This document shows positions 48,403 through 57,088 of a stretch of 64,000 nt of DNA, one piece after another (the stretch's first letter is position 1; every line of letters starts with the position of its first letter). The stretch spans positions 1 through 64,000 of the IMG/VR virus record IMGVR_UViG_3300032282_001282; one strand, given 5' to 3'. The DNA is from a virus. Below the pieces are notes generated by a model that was not told where the DNA came from, made no database searches, and saw only the letters and a list, made by a program, of their open reading frames with translations. Both the position numbers and the translations under genes were made by a program.

Positions 48403-48716
48403 ACCAAAGATTCGATATCTTTACAAATAAGTTTGAGCCACACTAGTTCTTGTTCGTCAACTCGATCCCAGCCCAGCTCGGATATCGGCCCTTTGATCAA
48501 GCTGGTACCATTGGCATTTTCTAGCCACACACGTCGACTATGTGTTTGTGCTTCTTCGTGCAAATGGCGCCAACCTATAGTATCAGGTTTAAGATCTGTA
48601 ATGCTCAGATATCTAATGTCTTGTCCAAAGACTGTAGTATCTTCGTAAATTTCGTAATAGTAGTTGATCATTTTTCTACCCACTGCTCGCATTTCATACG
48701 TGCTGTTGGTTCCCAT
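48399..48716 (-). CDS. hypothetical protein
   Basis: ORF in operon; true start may be MINYYY. Confidence 0.55.
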   Translation of the reverse strand: MGTNSTYEMRAVGRKMINYYYEIYEDTTVFGQDIRYLSITDLKPDTIGWRHLHEEAQTHSRRVWLENANGTSLIKGPISELGWDRVDEQELVWLKLICKDIESLV

Positions 48717-48925
48717 TCTTCATTGTATAGAAAATATTCAGCCTGGCTACCATTGTCGCCATCTTCCTGCATCATTTTGCTAATTTCAGGAAAGTAGTTT
48801 AGGAATGCTTGGCCAAACCTATAGTCTGGTGCTTGCAGACGTGTCCATACCAAGTGTTTAAGAAACTCTTCGTATCGTTCTCGTGTTATTTTATACTGAT
48901 AAGGGTTTGCTTTATACTCTGGCAT
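48668..48925 (-). CDS. hypothetical protein
   Basis: RFGQAFLN motif. Confidence 0.6.
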   Translation of the reverse strand: MPEYKANPYQYKITRERYEEFLKHLVWTRLQAPDYRFGQAFLNYFPEISKMMQEDGDNGSQAEYFLYNEEWEPTARMKCEQWVEK

Positions 48926-49169
48926 TCATGCCCCATTTTAACTTAAAAAATGTGCAGTCTTTTTCTTCTAGATGACCTACTATGTCGACTCGGTATCCAT
49001 AGCTTTCAGGATCGGGTATACAATGAAATACTATTTCTCCTACAGCGTGGTCCATTACCCACTGACCATGTTCTGTCTGTTGCCACTCGTGTATAGGGAA
49101 GCCTGCATACAAATATGGGTCTTCAACATCGCCCATTTTAAAAGAATAAAGGCGTAACTTAACTGTCAT
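48912..49169 (-). CDS. small F-x-L-[KR]-W family protein
   Basis: C-terminus LEEKDCTFFKLKW. Confidence 0.65.
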   Translation of the reverse strand: MTVKLRLYSFKMGDVEDPYLYAGFPIHEWQQTEHGQWVMDHAVGEIVFHCIPDPESYGYRVDIVGHLEEKDCTFFKLKWGMNARV

Positions 49170-49420
49170 TACACCAATCTTCTACCGACAAATTCCACAG
49201 CAATTTCATCTTCACTACGTCGCCGTCCTGCAGTCTTAAGTTGAAACATAAGTGCATCCTGCTCATCGTCAAAGGTAAAATCCATAAAATTTTCTGTGGG
49301 ATGAAACTGCATACGCTCGCCGGGTAAGCCAAAGGTCTCCACAGTCCATGCCAGTAGTTCGTTCCACATATGATCTTTATCATATGGATTTTCCCAAGGT
49401 ACTCTAATTGTTATCGACAT
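49169..49420 (-). CDS. small F-x-L-[KR]-W family protein
   Basis: FTFDDEQDALMFQLK. Confidence 0.65.
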   Translation of the reverse strand: MSITIRVPWENPYDKDHMWNELLAWTVETFGLPGERMQFHPTENFMDFTFDDEQDALMFQLKTAGRRRSEDEIAVEFVGRRLV

Positions 49421-49646
49421 GCTGTTCCTTTAGTATTTCCCAGGCACTATTGTGCCAATCTCTAAGCCACGGAGTACCATCACATTCTTCAACGTGCCGC
49501 ATCACTGCAACACGACCAGCTGTTTCCATGGCCTCACCCAAAAAGAAACTGAACAATCGTTCGCCGTTCTTGTTAATTACTATTGACATAGAGCCCGGTT
49601 CTATGTTCCAGGAATAATTATCTATTGCCATTTTAATCGAAACCAA
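49404..49646 (-). CDS. hypothetical protein
   Basis: ORF in operon. Confidence 0.55.
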   Translation of the reverse strand: MVSIKMAIDNYSWNIEPGSMSIVINKNGERLFSFFLGEAMETAGRVAVMRHVEECDGTPWLRDWHNSAWEILKEQHVDNN

Positions 49647-49810
49647 TTGGCTTTTTTTGTGTCGTTAAATGAAAAGGTATACACTGGGCGTAAATCAGCC
49701 ATGTGTAAATTCCAATCGTCTCTGTTGATATGTGATTGACACCACTCAGATGCCGCATTACATTTATCAACGCCGTTAATTACAACTGTATAAGGTAAGT
49801 TTGTGTTCAT
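49622..49810 (-). CDS. small F-x-L-[KR]-W family protein
   Basis: C-terminus FSFNDTKKANWFRLKW; promoter CTGACA-N17-TATAAT ends 5 nt upstream. Confidence 0.65.
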   Translation of the reverse strand: MNTNLPYTVVINGVDKCNAASEWCQSHINRDDWNLHMADLRPVYTFSFNDTKKANWFRLKWQ

Positions 49811-49830
49811 ACCTTATTATACATTATTTG

Positions 49831-50241
49831 CTATTTCTTGTCAGCGTTTTCGGCAGAACAACATAGTGCTTCAAGAGTTTTATAGTGTTCGTATGCTTGT
49901 TTGAGAGCTTCAAATTCTTTGAGCTTTTTTGGGTCCGGTACAAGTATGGCAAGTCGATCTTGCAAGGTCTTTAAGGTCTCTCGGAGGCTCATACCATCTA
50001 GTTCAATATCTGATTCGGTTATTTTAACTTTACCTACAGTCATATTTGGGCTTGTTTGTGTAGTCCAACTTGGAGCATATCCGCTGGTACCAGAGCCCGA
50101 AATAATATATGGACTAGTTAATACTGTTCCGCTACCCCCACCAGCTATTGTTATATTACCTGTGTATGGGCCGGCGTTGACTGTATATGTAGGTGGTATT
50201 GTTATATTTGAGTAATTTGCCATTGTGTTCTTTCTGGCCAA
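49831..50241 (-). CDS. hypothetical protein
   Basis: S/T/G-rich N-terminus; RLAILVPD coiled-coil C-terminus; start uncertain. Confidence 0.6.
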   Translation of the reverse strand: MARKNTMANYSNITIPPTYTVNAGPYTGNITIAGGGSGTVLTSPYIISGSGTSGYAPSWTTQTSPNMTVGKVKITESDIELDGMSLRETLKTLQDRLAILVPDPKKLKEFEALKQAYEHYKTLEALCCSAENADKK

Positions 50242-50242
50242 G

Positions 50243-50270
50243 AAAAAGCCTATACGGTTAAGTATAGGCT
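50243..50270 (-). terminator. rho-independent terminator after porin
   Basis: AGCCTATAC-N6-GTATAGGCT followed by a T run. Confidence 0.8.
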
Positions 50271-50293
50271 CTTTGCGTTACGTTGTCAACTGA

Positions 50294-51451
50294 TTAGAAG
50301 CGATGTGTCATACCAACCACATAAGCGTTTTGAGTAGTTCCTGTAGAAGCTACCACGCTTGGGTATGTTGCTGTTCCGTATAGTGAACCATAGTTTGCAC
50401 CACCAGCACCATATGGAGCAAATCCACTAGTACCTTTGTTGGCAGTAGAAGCTACACCAATGTAAGCAGTGGTACGCTTGCTAAAGTTGTAGTCACCCAC
50501 TAGACTCCAGGTTTGCGAACCATTAGCAGAACTGATATTGTCTTTGAGATTGTAATAACCAGCAGTCACATCAACCTTGGAAGTTGCATTATACTTGACA
50601 CTTACTTGACGTAGATCAAAGTCTGTGTTAGCGGCATTGGCACCATTTGGGTTTTGGAAGTTTGCCCAACCAGCGGCTACCTTGAACTTGTCAATGGTGT
50701 AGTTACCACCGATAGTTGTTGTTTCAGCAGTTGCTAACCCAGCGGCACTATTAGATGTCTGATAACTGGCAGAACCATTAAACGCACCACGAGTATAAGC
50801 CAATGCATACAAACGACGGCTACTTGCATCCAACGCACCAAAAGTTGTGTTATCGGCTACACCGCCAGTTGTGTATTGTACAGAACCTTTGAAGCCTGCA
50901 ATCACTGGAGTGTCTAAACGAACAGCGTTACTCAGGAATGTTGTACCAGTCATGGTAGCAAGACCAGTCTTGGCTGTGCTTGTGCCACCAAAGGTAGAAC
51001 CATCATTCCAGTAGTTCAAAGAACCACCAAAGTTACGGCCTGCGTTAACGTCACCAACTGCAAATGATTCAAATGCCAAGTTGTCTTGACGACCTAGAGT
51101 CATACGACCCAAGCCGGTGTTGTCTAGATAAACGTTTGCGCCACGGCTGAACACGTTGTTTGCTGTGCCCGAACTTGAACTTGCACCTTGGCTACCATCG
51201 GCTGGATTGATCTGTGATTCAATTTTGAATCCAGCTTTTGTACCGCCACCTAAATCTTCTGTACCAGTAAAACCAATACGGCTGGTCCACATTGGTGAAC
51301 TGAGGACTTGGGTCGCGTTTTGACCTGCTGTTCCAACGTTGGTTGCGTTAACAACACCAATGTCCATGATACCATAGACACTAACGTTTGATTGAGCGTG
51401 GGCGATGCCAAAACTTAAGGCAAGGCTTACCGCTAATAGTAGTTTCTTCAT
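50294..51451 (-). CDS. Gram-negative general-diffusion porin (betaproteobacterial type)
   Basis: Signal peptide; SNVSVYG.MD.G, SRIGF.G.EDLGGG, Y.FSKRT and terminal GMTHRF motifs. Confidence 0.9.
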   Translation of the reverse strand: MKKLLLAVSLALSFGIAHAQSNVSVYGIMDIGVVNATNVGTAGQNATQVLSSPMWTSRIGFTGTEDLGGGTKAGFKIESQINPADGSQGASSSSGTANNVFSRGANVYLDNTGLGRMTLGRQDNLAFESFAVGDVNAGRNFGGSLNYWNDGSTFGGTSTAKTGLATMTGTTFLSNAVRLDTPVIAGFKGSVQYTTGGVADNTTFGALDASSRRLYALAYTRGAFNGSASYQTSNSAAGLATAETTTIGGNYTIDKFKVAAGWANFQNPNGANAANTDFDLRQVSVKYNATSKVDVTAGYYNLKDNISSANGSQTWSLVGDYNFSKRTTAYIGVASTANKGTSGFAPYGAGGANYGSLYGTATYPSVVASTGTTQNAYVVGMTHRF

Positions 51452-51606
51452 TGTAAAATTTTCCTTTTTTTATTAAGATCGATAGTTAAACTATCTTGGT
51501 TGATATTAACATAACTGTAGTCGTTATGTCAATAGACTGCTTTTTTATTTAGTGGTAGTTGGCTATACCAGTTTAAAAAAGATTCTTTTTTGGCGTAATT
51601 TGGCCA

Positions 51607-52386
51607 TTAACTACTACTATAACTAGCTTTTAATGTATTTTCTAGTTTAGTTGTATCAGCACAAGTATAGGCTTGGTAACTGTTTTTTAGTTCGGCGGGC
51701 ATTGGAACAACATCAATGGGTACATCAAATAATTGAGCTACACTATAAAAACTTCTTGGTTGACCAGTACCTACGTTCCATACTCCGGACTCTTTAACGT
51801 TTAAAAACTTCATGTGCGTATCTACAACACGACCAACGTGAATAAAATCTCTACAGTATTTTTCACTGTTTTCAAAAACTTCAATTCGACCTAGAGTCTT
51901 GGCCTGCTGTTGGAATTGCATAAAAGGACTTGCTTGGTTGCCTTTGTGTTCTTCGCCGTTGGGACCATAGACATTAAAGTATCGAAACCCTTGTGCTGTA
52001 AAACTACTAGGATTGTTTTGCACATAGCGTTCAAACAAATACTTTGACCAAGCATAAGGTGTGCGTGGATCAACAGGAGCATCTTCTTTAAAAGTACTTA
52101 CTAGACCGTAGACGCTTGCAGAGCTTGCATATTGAAATTTTACTCTAACACTTTTACAATCTTCGTAAAGCTGAATACTAAAATCTAAATTTTGTCTAAG
52201 TACTTTTTCAATGTCACGCTCAGTAGTGCTACTAATAGCACCAAGGTGTATACACCAGTTGTGTCCTGATATTTGTGGATAAGGATCTCCCCACTCGTAT
52301 GTAGTAACTTCGTGACCTTCGGCTTGCAGTCTAAGTAACATATGGCCACCAATGAAACCACGGTGGCCTGTTAATAAAATTTTCAT
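51607..52386 (-). CDS. hldD: ADP-L-glycero-D-manno-heptose 6-epimerase-like SDR
   Basis: TG..GFIG, GAISSTTE, YASSASVYG, Y..SK, FRYFNVYGP.E.HKG.QAS and YQ.YTCAD motifs. Confidence 0.85.
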   Translation of the reverse strand: MKILLTGHRGFIGGHMLLRLQAEGHEVTTYEWGDPYPQISGHNWCIHLGAISSTTERDIEKVLRQNLDFSIQLYEDCKSVRVKFQYASSASVYGLVSTFKEDAPVDPRTPYAWSKYLFERYVQNNPSSFTAQGFRYFNVYGPNGEEHKGNQASPFMQFQQQAKTLGRIEVFENSEKYCRDFIHVGRVVDTHMKFLNVKESGVWNVGTGQPRSFYSVAQLFDVPIDVVPMPAELKNSYQAYTCADTTKLENTLKASYSSS

Positions 52387-52742
52387 CGCTGACTATCGCC
52401 CTTGCCTACTCGGTAATTGTCCTCTACAGAGTCTGGCGTAGAAACTTCAATAACTGTACCTGCTTTAATACATTCTAATTGATGCGGCATACAAGGAGTA
52501 TTATGCCAAGTATCGCCTTCATTTAATTCTACTTCATAAACCGAAGCATCCTTGGTATCAATATGTCGGACAATAAATTTACCCGATTGTATATACCAAG
52601 TTTCTTCTTTGTCTTTATGGAAGTGCATACTAAATTTACAACCTGTTTCAAAGTTCATAAACTTGCCGCAATATTTGTCGTTAGTGGCCCAGATAAATTC
52701 TGAACCCCACCCCTTTGGTACTAAACCTTTTAATTTTGTCAT
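52383..52742 (-). CDS. cupin (sugar-phosphate isomerase-like)
   Basis: KGWG.E, SMHFH..K.ETW and EVSTPD..EDNYR motifs. Confidence 0.75.
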   Translation of the reverse strand: MTKLKGLVPKGWGSEFIWATNDKYCGKFMNFETGCKFSMHFHKDKEETWYIQSGKFIVRHIDTKDASVYEVELNEGDTWHNTPCMPHQLECIKAGTVIEVSTPDSVEDNYRVGKGDSQR

Positions 52743-53491
52743 TTGATTTCCTCTAAAGTAGGCGCATAGTTTCCTAGGTGCTGTACTGTAACTGCACTGG
52801 CACGTATAGCAAACTCAATTGCCTGTTCCATATTTTTTGTATTTAGATATTCATATGTAAGGGCAGACAAGAATGTATCTCCTGCGCCACATACATCGGC
52901 AACTTCAACGGGTTCAGCGTCAAAGTCAAAGCCATTCCAAAAAGCACCTTCAGCACCCATTGTAATAATTAGGTACCCGGGGTCTGGAACGCTTGTAACA
53001 AGACCTGCTTCTAGTTGGTTGATTTTAATATAGCAACCATTGATAGATTTTAAGTCTGTTTTCTTAGTGTCAACAAATATAGGGCCAACAAATTCCTTAC
53101 GCAATTCTTCTATTAATTCGTAACTAACTGTGCCCTTATTATAATCGCTAATAACTATAGCATCGTAGATGTCGGGGATTTCGCTGGCAAAACTAAGCGG
53201 ACTAGATACTTGATCATCGTCAATGCGAACTATATGTTGTTTGCTACGACTATCAATCAGTCTAGTCTTAGTAGATGTTTTACCATGTAGGAAGTTTACA
53301 TTACATCCAAGTGCTACTAGGTTAGCATATACATTACCAGCCATACCAGGCTTAGAGTCTGTGCCGCGTGGTACAAACACCGGTACAGGTGCTTCGGGAC
53401 TAACACGATCTACAGTACCGTACTGATATACGTCTGTGCAGTTATCCCCGATTAATAATATGTTGAATTTTTTTTGTGCTTGAGTACTCAT
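52739..53491 (-). CDS. hldE: heptose-7-phosphate kinase (HldE/RfaE domain I, PfkB family)
   Basis: RVSPEAPVPV, ISDYNKG and DVCGAGDTF motifs. Confidence 0.85.
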   Translation of the reverse strand: MSTQAQKKFNILLIGDNCTDVYQYGTVDRVSPEAPVPVFVPRGTDSKPGMAGNVYANLVALGCNVNFLHGKTSTKTRLIDSRSKQHIVRIDDDQVSSPLSFASEIPDIYDAIVISDYNKGTVSYELIEELRKEFVGPIFVDTKKTDLKSINGCYIKINQLEAGLVTSVPDPGYLIITMGAEGAFWNGFDFDAEPVEVADVCGAGDTFLSALTYEYLNTKNMEQAIEFAIRASAVTVQHLGNYAPTLEEIK

Positions 53492-53834
53492 CGATTCTTT
53501 CAAAAAATACAATTTGTGGGCATACCTCTTCCCCCACTATAGGCTTTCCTCGATAGTCACTACCTTTAACCATTATACTACAGTTCTTGATAATGTCAAC
53601 TAGCTCTGCGTCGGTGCCAAAAATTTTAACTTCGTCAACAGAACGCAAATTTTCTAATAGAGTTTTTCTTTCTACTTCATTGTTAACTGGCCGTGAGGGA
53701 CCTTTTAGACTGCGTACACGGCTATCGGAATCAATGGCTACAACTAGATAATCACCAAGGGATTTAGCATAATTTAATAATGCTAAGTGCCCGAGGTGCA
53801 ATACATCAAAGGTACCATTTACTACTATTTTGAC
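53442..53834 (-). CDS. hldE: heptose-1-phosphate adenylyltransferase (HldE/RfaE domain II)
   Basis: NGTFDVLHLGH, KGPSRPVN, KGSDY and SSTKKI motifs; GTG start inferred. Confidence 0.85.
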   Translation of the reverse strand, partial: VKIVVNGTFDVLHLGHLALLNYAKSLGDYLVVAIDSDSRVRSLKGPSRPVNNEVERKTLLENLRSVDEVKIFGTDAELVDIIKNCSIMVKGSDYRGKPIVGEEVCPQIVFFERIDEYSSTKKIQHIINRG

Positions 53835-54223
53835 TGCTCTGCTAATTCTTTGTACCCTGCCCAACTTGGGTGAATGCCATCTGGCTGTAGTTGCTTAATT
53901 GGCAATACTACATCGCCATAATATGCGGCTACCTTTTTAACTGTTTCTTGGATGTCGGGTTTAATAGCCGGCAAAATCCAATAGACCCTTTCAGCTTTAG
54001 TCAGCTGACGAATAGTGCGTAATTCTGTTTCAGTCTTAACATACTTGTGATCATTTGATCCTAGACTAATAATAACAGTCTTAGCTTCGTACGGTGCTTT
54101 GTCAACGTTCTTATTAACCCATTGATAACTATTGATTCCGCCCTTGGCAATTACACTACATTCTTTTTTAAACTGATGGGTACCAACAGCAATACTGTCG
54201 CCCATTATTAAACACTCTAACAT
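53825..54223 (-). CDS. SGNH-hydrolase-like protein
   Basis: GDSIA, SLGSND and DGIHP motifs. Confidence 0.75.
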   Translation of the reverse strand: MLECLIMGDSIAVGTHQFKKECSVIAKGGINSYQWVNKNVDKAPYEAKTVIISLGSNDHKYVKTETELRTIRQLTKAERVYWILPAIKPDIQETVKKVAAYYGDVVLPIKQLQPDGIHPSWAGYKELAEQSK

Positions 54224-54256
54224 TATACGTAACTTTCTTCAATTTGATGTAATAAT

Positions 54257-54285
54257 AGTATATAGTAACTTGACAAAATAGTCAA
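54257..54285 (-). promoter_or_regulatory. sigma70 promoter TTGACT-N17-TATACT for the heptose operon
   Basis: Consensus-like hexamers. Confidence 0.6.
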
Positions 54286-54301
54286 GAAAAAACCTGAGGT
54301 T

Positions 54302-54547
54302 TTATCCCCAGGTTTCTTCATACTTCATAAGTGCTAACTGTCTAGCTAACCATAATCTAAATTTTACACGATCCGATAATTCAATGTCCTCTTGGACTAG
54401 CTTACCAAAATCTTTACTTCTTAGATTACGACCAAAGGTGACATCATCATCGACAATAATGTCATCATTGTCTTCTAGATTACTTAGCGGCCGGCTTAGC
54501 TTCAGCCTTAGGTGCGTCTTTCTTAACAGAGTTGCTTTTTGTGGCAT
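54302..54547 (-). CDS. hypothetical protein, start uncertain
   Basis: Protein-like C-terminus (LSDRVKFRLWLARQLAL..Y...WG); nearest in-frame ATG lies inside the upstream gene. Confidence 0.4.
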   Translation of the reverse strand: MPQKATLLRKTHLRLKLSRPLSNLEDNDDIIVDDDVTFGRNLRSKDFGKLVQEDIELSDRVKFRLWLARQLALMKYEETWG

Positions 54548-54704
54548 CTTCTGCTTTTTTGTGCTCCTTCTTGGCTTCTGGTTTAACTTCTGCCTTAGCT
54601 GGTGCTGAAGCGGCAGGCGCAGGATTTGCAGGAGCCTTGGCAGGTTCTGCGGCAAATGCTGTTAGTGCCAATGCTGAAACGATGGTTGCGATAAGTGCTT
54701 TCAT
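54480..54704 (-). CDS. small secreted Ala/Pro/Lys-rich protein
   Basis: Signal peptide MKALIATIVSALALTAFA. Confidence 0.7.
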   Translation of the reverse strand: MKALIATIVSALALTAFAAEPAKAPANPAPAASAPAKAEVKPEAKKEHKKAEDATKSNSVKKDAPKAEAKPAAK

Positions 54705-54751
54705 TTTGAATTTCCTTTTAGGTTATACACAATTCTCACTGTGTACATATA

Positions 54752-54779
54752 TAACGCATGGACCAACTGGTTAGTTGAC
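54752..54779 (-). promoter_or_regulatory. ECF-like promoter or operator GTCAAC-N16-GCGTTA
   Basis: Repeat of 35714-35741. Confidence 0.45.
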
Positions 54780-54793
54780 AGCGTTATATAAAA

Positions 54794-55624
54794 TTATACA
54801 TCAAAACTAAAACTTGGATCAAATTGTTCAGCACGATCTTCGTAGTACTTGTAACCACGTGGGTTGCAAAGAACACGAGTTGAACCAAGCATATAATCAA
54901 ACGTATCGTGAGTATGTCCGTGAGTCCACACTTTAATCTGTGGGTTATCCAGGATAAACTCGCTTAGGTCCGAACTGTAGCCACCATTGGTTAAATGGTC
55001 ACCTTGGTAACGTGGTTTGATACTGACCTTGCTAGGTGCATGGTGTGTTACTACCACAAACTTACGATCTACTTTACCTTCAACAGTTTCGCGAATAAAG
55101 TTACGGGTTTTCCAATGATCTTCCTCAGTGCGTTCTGGAGTAAGACGGTGGTACACCGACTTAGCTTCGTTAAACATAGTTACTTGACGATAGTCGTTCA
55201 TGTAGTTTTGCAAATGAAAGCGAGTATGCGGATCACCCTTGTTCATATCAGTCCACAATGTTCCGCCAACAAAAGTAACATCTTCTAGATCGTAAGTTTC
55301 GTTTTCTAGTAGATGTATGTTGCTAGGCAACTGCTCTTTGATATGATTGTAGGTCTTTTGGTATTGGAAACCATAGTGTTCGTGGTTACCCATAACATAA
55401 ATGACTTCTTTATACTTGCTACATTCTTCCTCAAGGAAGCGAAAGAAACGATCAGGTCGTTGATCGGTACGCTCGTGCTCAAGCAAGACCATGTCCCGAT
55501 TGTACATTTCTTTTTTGATACGTTTTGCTTCGCACACATCACCAGACAAGATTAAGACATCGCCACCGGGCAATGTAAGGTCCGCAAATTCGAGATGCAA
55601 GTCCGACATTAAATTGATACGCAT
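54794..55624 (-). CDS. calcineurin-like metallophosphoesterase
   Basis: SDLH, GD, GNHE, THH and HGHTH motifs. Confidence 0.9.
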   Translation of the reverse strand: MRINLMSDLHLEFADLTLPGGDVLILSGDVCEAKRIKKEMYNRDMVLLEHERTDQRPDRFFRFLEEECSKYKEVIYVMGNHEHYGFQYQKTYNHIKEQLPSNIHLLENETYDLEDVTFVGGTLWTDMNKGDPHTRFHLQNYMNDYRQVTMFNEAKSVYHRLTPERTEEDHWKTRNFIRETVEGKVDRKFVVVTHHAPSKVSIKPRYQGDHLTNGGYSSDLSEFILDNPQIKVWTHGHTHDTFDYMLGSTRVLCNPRGYKYYEDRAEQFDPSFSFDV

Positions 55625-55625
55625 T

Positions 55626-56303
55626 TTAGTCCCATAGATTTTGATAATATTTTCCAAACAACACGAAGCCGTTTTGGATACGCTTTTGTACTTTTTCGAT
55701 GCCTTTCCAATCGTACTTTAAAGTATGATTAGGTCCGTCTTGCATCTGGAACATAGTGGCCTTACCGTTCTCATCCCACTCGCAGGCTACAGTTTTATAG
55801 TCTGCTACACCAGAACGATATGCTTCTTGCCAGTCATCGTTGAGCTTGTGTTCAAACGCAAAGATCATTTCGTCTAGTACCCAATCCCAACGCTTAAAGT
55901 GATTAGCATCGGTGTCCCACTCGTTTTCCTTAGGAGGTGCTTCTGTGCTACGCAGGCCTAGCCCTTTAGGAACATCCTTGTCATCAACGTGAGGTGCACC
56001 ATGTTTGGTTTCCTTTAGCTGTTTTAGCATAGGTAGTGCAATTTGTCCTAGAGTATGATCCATTGACCAAGTATCGTAACGATCAATTTTAACATAGTCA
56101 ATCTTTGGGTGTACAAAGTCTAAAAACTTTTGCAACGCAGAGCAAATAGGATTTAAGCGATCAACCCACTTGGTATACGTGTGGTTAGGTTTGTCTTCGT
56201 GGTTATAAAAGACGTCATCATCTTTTTCCCAGAAGCAAACTTTCTTTAGAATAGTATATGGTGACAGCCAATGATCACGATAATTCGAGAAATAGACTTT
56301 CAT
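55626..56303 (-). CDS. conserved phage hypothetical protein
   Basis: DTWSMDHTL...FGKYYQNLWD. Confidence 0.7.
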   Translation of the reverse strand: MKVYFSNYRDHWLSPYTILKKVCFWEKDDDVFYNHEDKPNHTYTKWVDRLNPICSALQKFLDFVHPKIDYVKIDRYDTWSMDHTLGQIALPMLKQLKETKHGAPHVDDKDVPKGLGLRSTEAPPKENEWDTDANHFKRWDWVLDEMIFAFEHKLNDDWQEAYRSGVADYKTVACEWDENGKATMFQMQDGPNHTLKYDWKGIEKVQKRIQNGFVLFGKYYQNLWD

Positions 56304-56355
56304 TGAAATTCCTTAGTTGACAATATGTTATTATATGATATTTTGAATTACTTGT

Positions 56356-56727
56356 CTACGGTAATTCAACAAATCTTCTAGTTGTTAGCAACCATCCAAT
56401 TTGTCCAAAATCAGTTTCGATTTCTTCGGTAACGTAACTTTCTTCAACAAAACCTGCAAAGTCTATGCCTTTGAATCCGGTACCTGAGCAGTACCAATCT
56501 ATGTAACTTTCGTCTTCTCGAATTTCAGAAACTAGATCTGCCGCATAACGCCAATTACAGTCCCACGTAATGTTTTTGAGTATTCCCCAGACATCTTTGG
56601 GTACGTAAGAGTTGTTACACAATGCCGCATACAAATTTTGAGCGTAAATTTCACGCTTACGAACTTTTGTTGTTATCCAGTCCGTACCCCGTATATCTCG
56701 CTCTAAGTTAAAAACTTTGCGTGGCAT
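56356..56727 (-). CDS. hypothetical protein (paralog of 58022-58405)
   Basis: YAQNLYAALCN...YIDWYCSG; late promoter 5 nt upstream. Confidence 0.65.
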   Translation of the reverse strand: MPRKVFNLERDIRGTDWITTKVRKREIYAQNLYAALCNNSYVPKDVWGILKNITWDCNWRYAADLVSEIREDESYIDWYCSGTGFKGIDFAGFVEESYVTEEIETDFGQIGWLLTTRRFVELP

Positions 56728-56751
56728 AATACTATTTAAGCCATGCAAAAC

Positions 56752-56777
56752 AAAAAAGGCGCACTAGGCGCCTTTTT
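56752..56777. terminator. bidirectional rho-independent terminator
   Basis: AAAAAAGGCGC-ACTAG-GCGCCTTTTT. Confidence 0.8.
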
Positions 56778-56794
56778 GACAGTATTTAAACTGA

Positions 56795-57088
56795 TTAGGC
56801 TACTAGGCCAGCTGCCATTGCTTTGTAAGCGATAGCAACCATTTTACGGCTAGCTTCACCATGGCGATACTCAGTTACTTTAACGCCATTGCCAGCAGTA
56901 CGTTGGTTGCCATAGATAGCATAACCACGGGCACGGATGTCGCTAATAGTAGCGGTTGGGTTCTTGATACCAAAACGCTTAGAAATTTGAGCTGGGCTCA
57001 AAGTTTCGCGATTGATTACCAATGCCTGGAACAATTTACCTTGCTTAGTTTTAAGATCAAACTTCTTTAGTTTTACAGAAATAGACAT
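56795..57088 (-). CDS. winged-HTH DNA-binding protein
   Basis: LSPAQISKRFGIKNPTATISDIR..GY.I. Confidence 0.6.
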   Translation of the reverse strand: MSISVKLKKFDLKTKQGKLFQALVINRETLSPAQISKRFGIKNPTATISDIRARGYAIYGNQRTAGNGVKVTEYRHGEASRKMVAIAYKAMAAGLVA

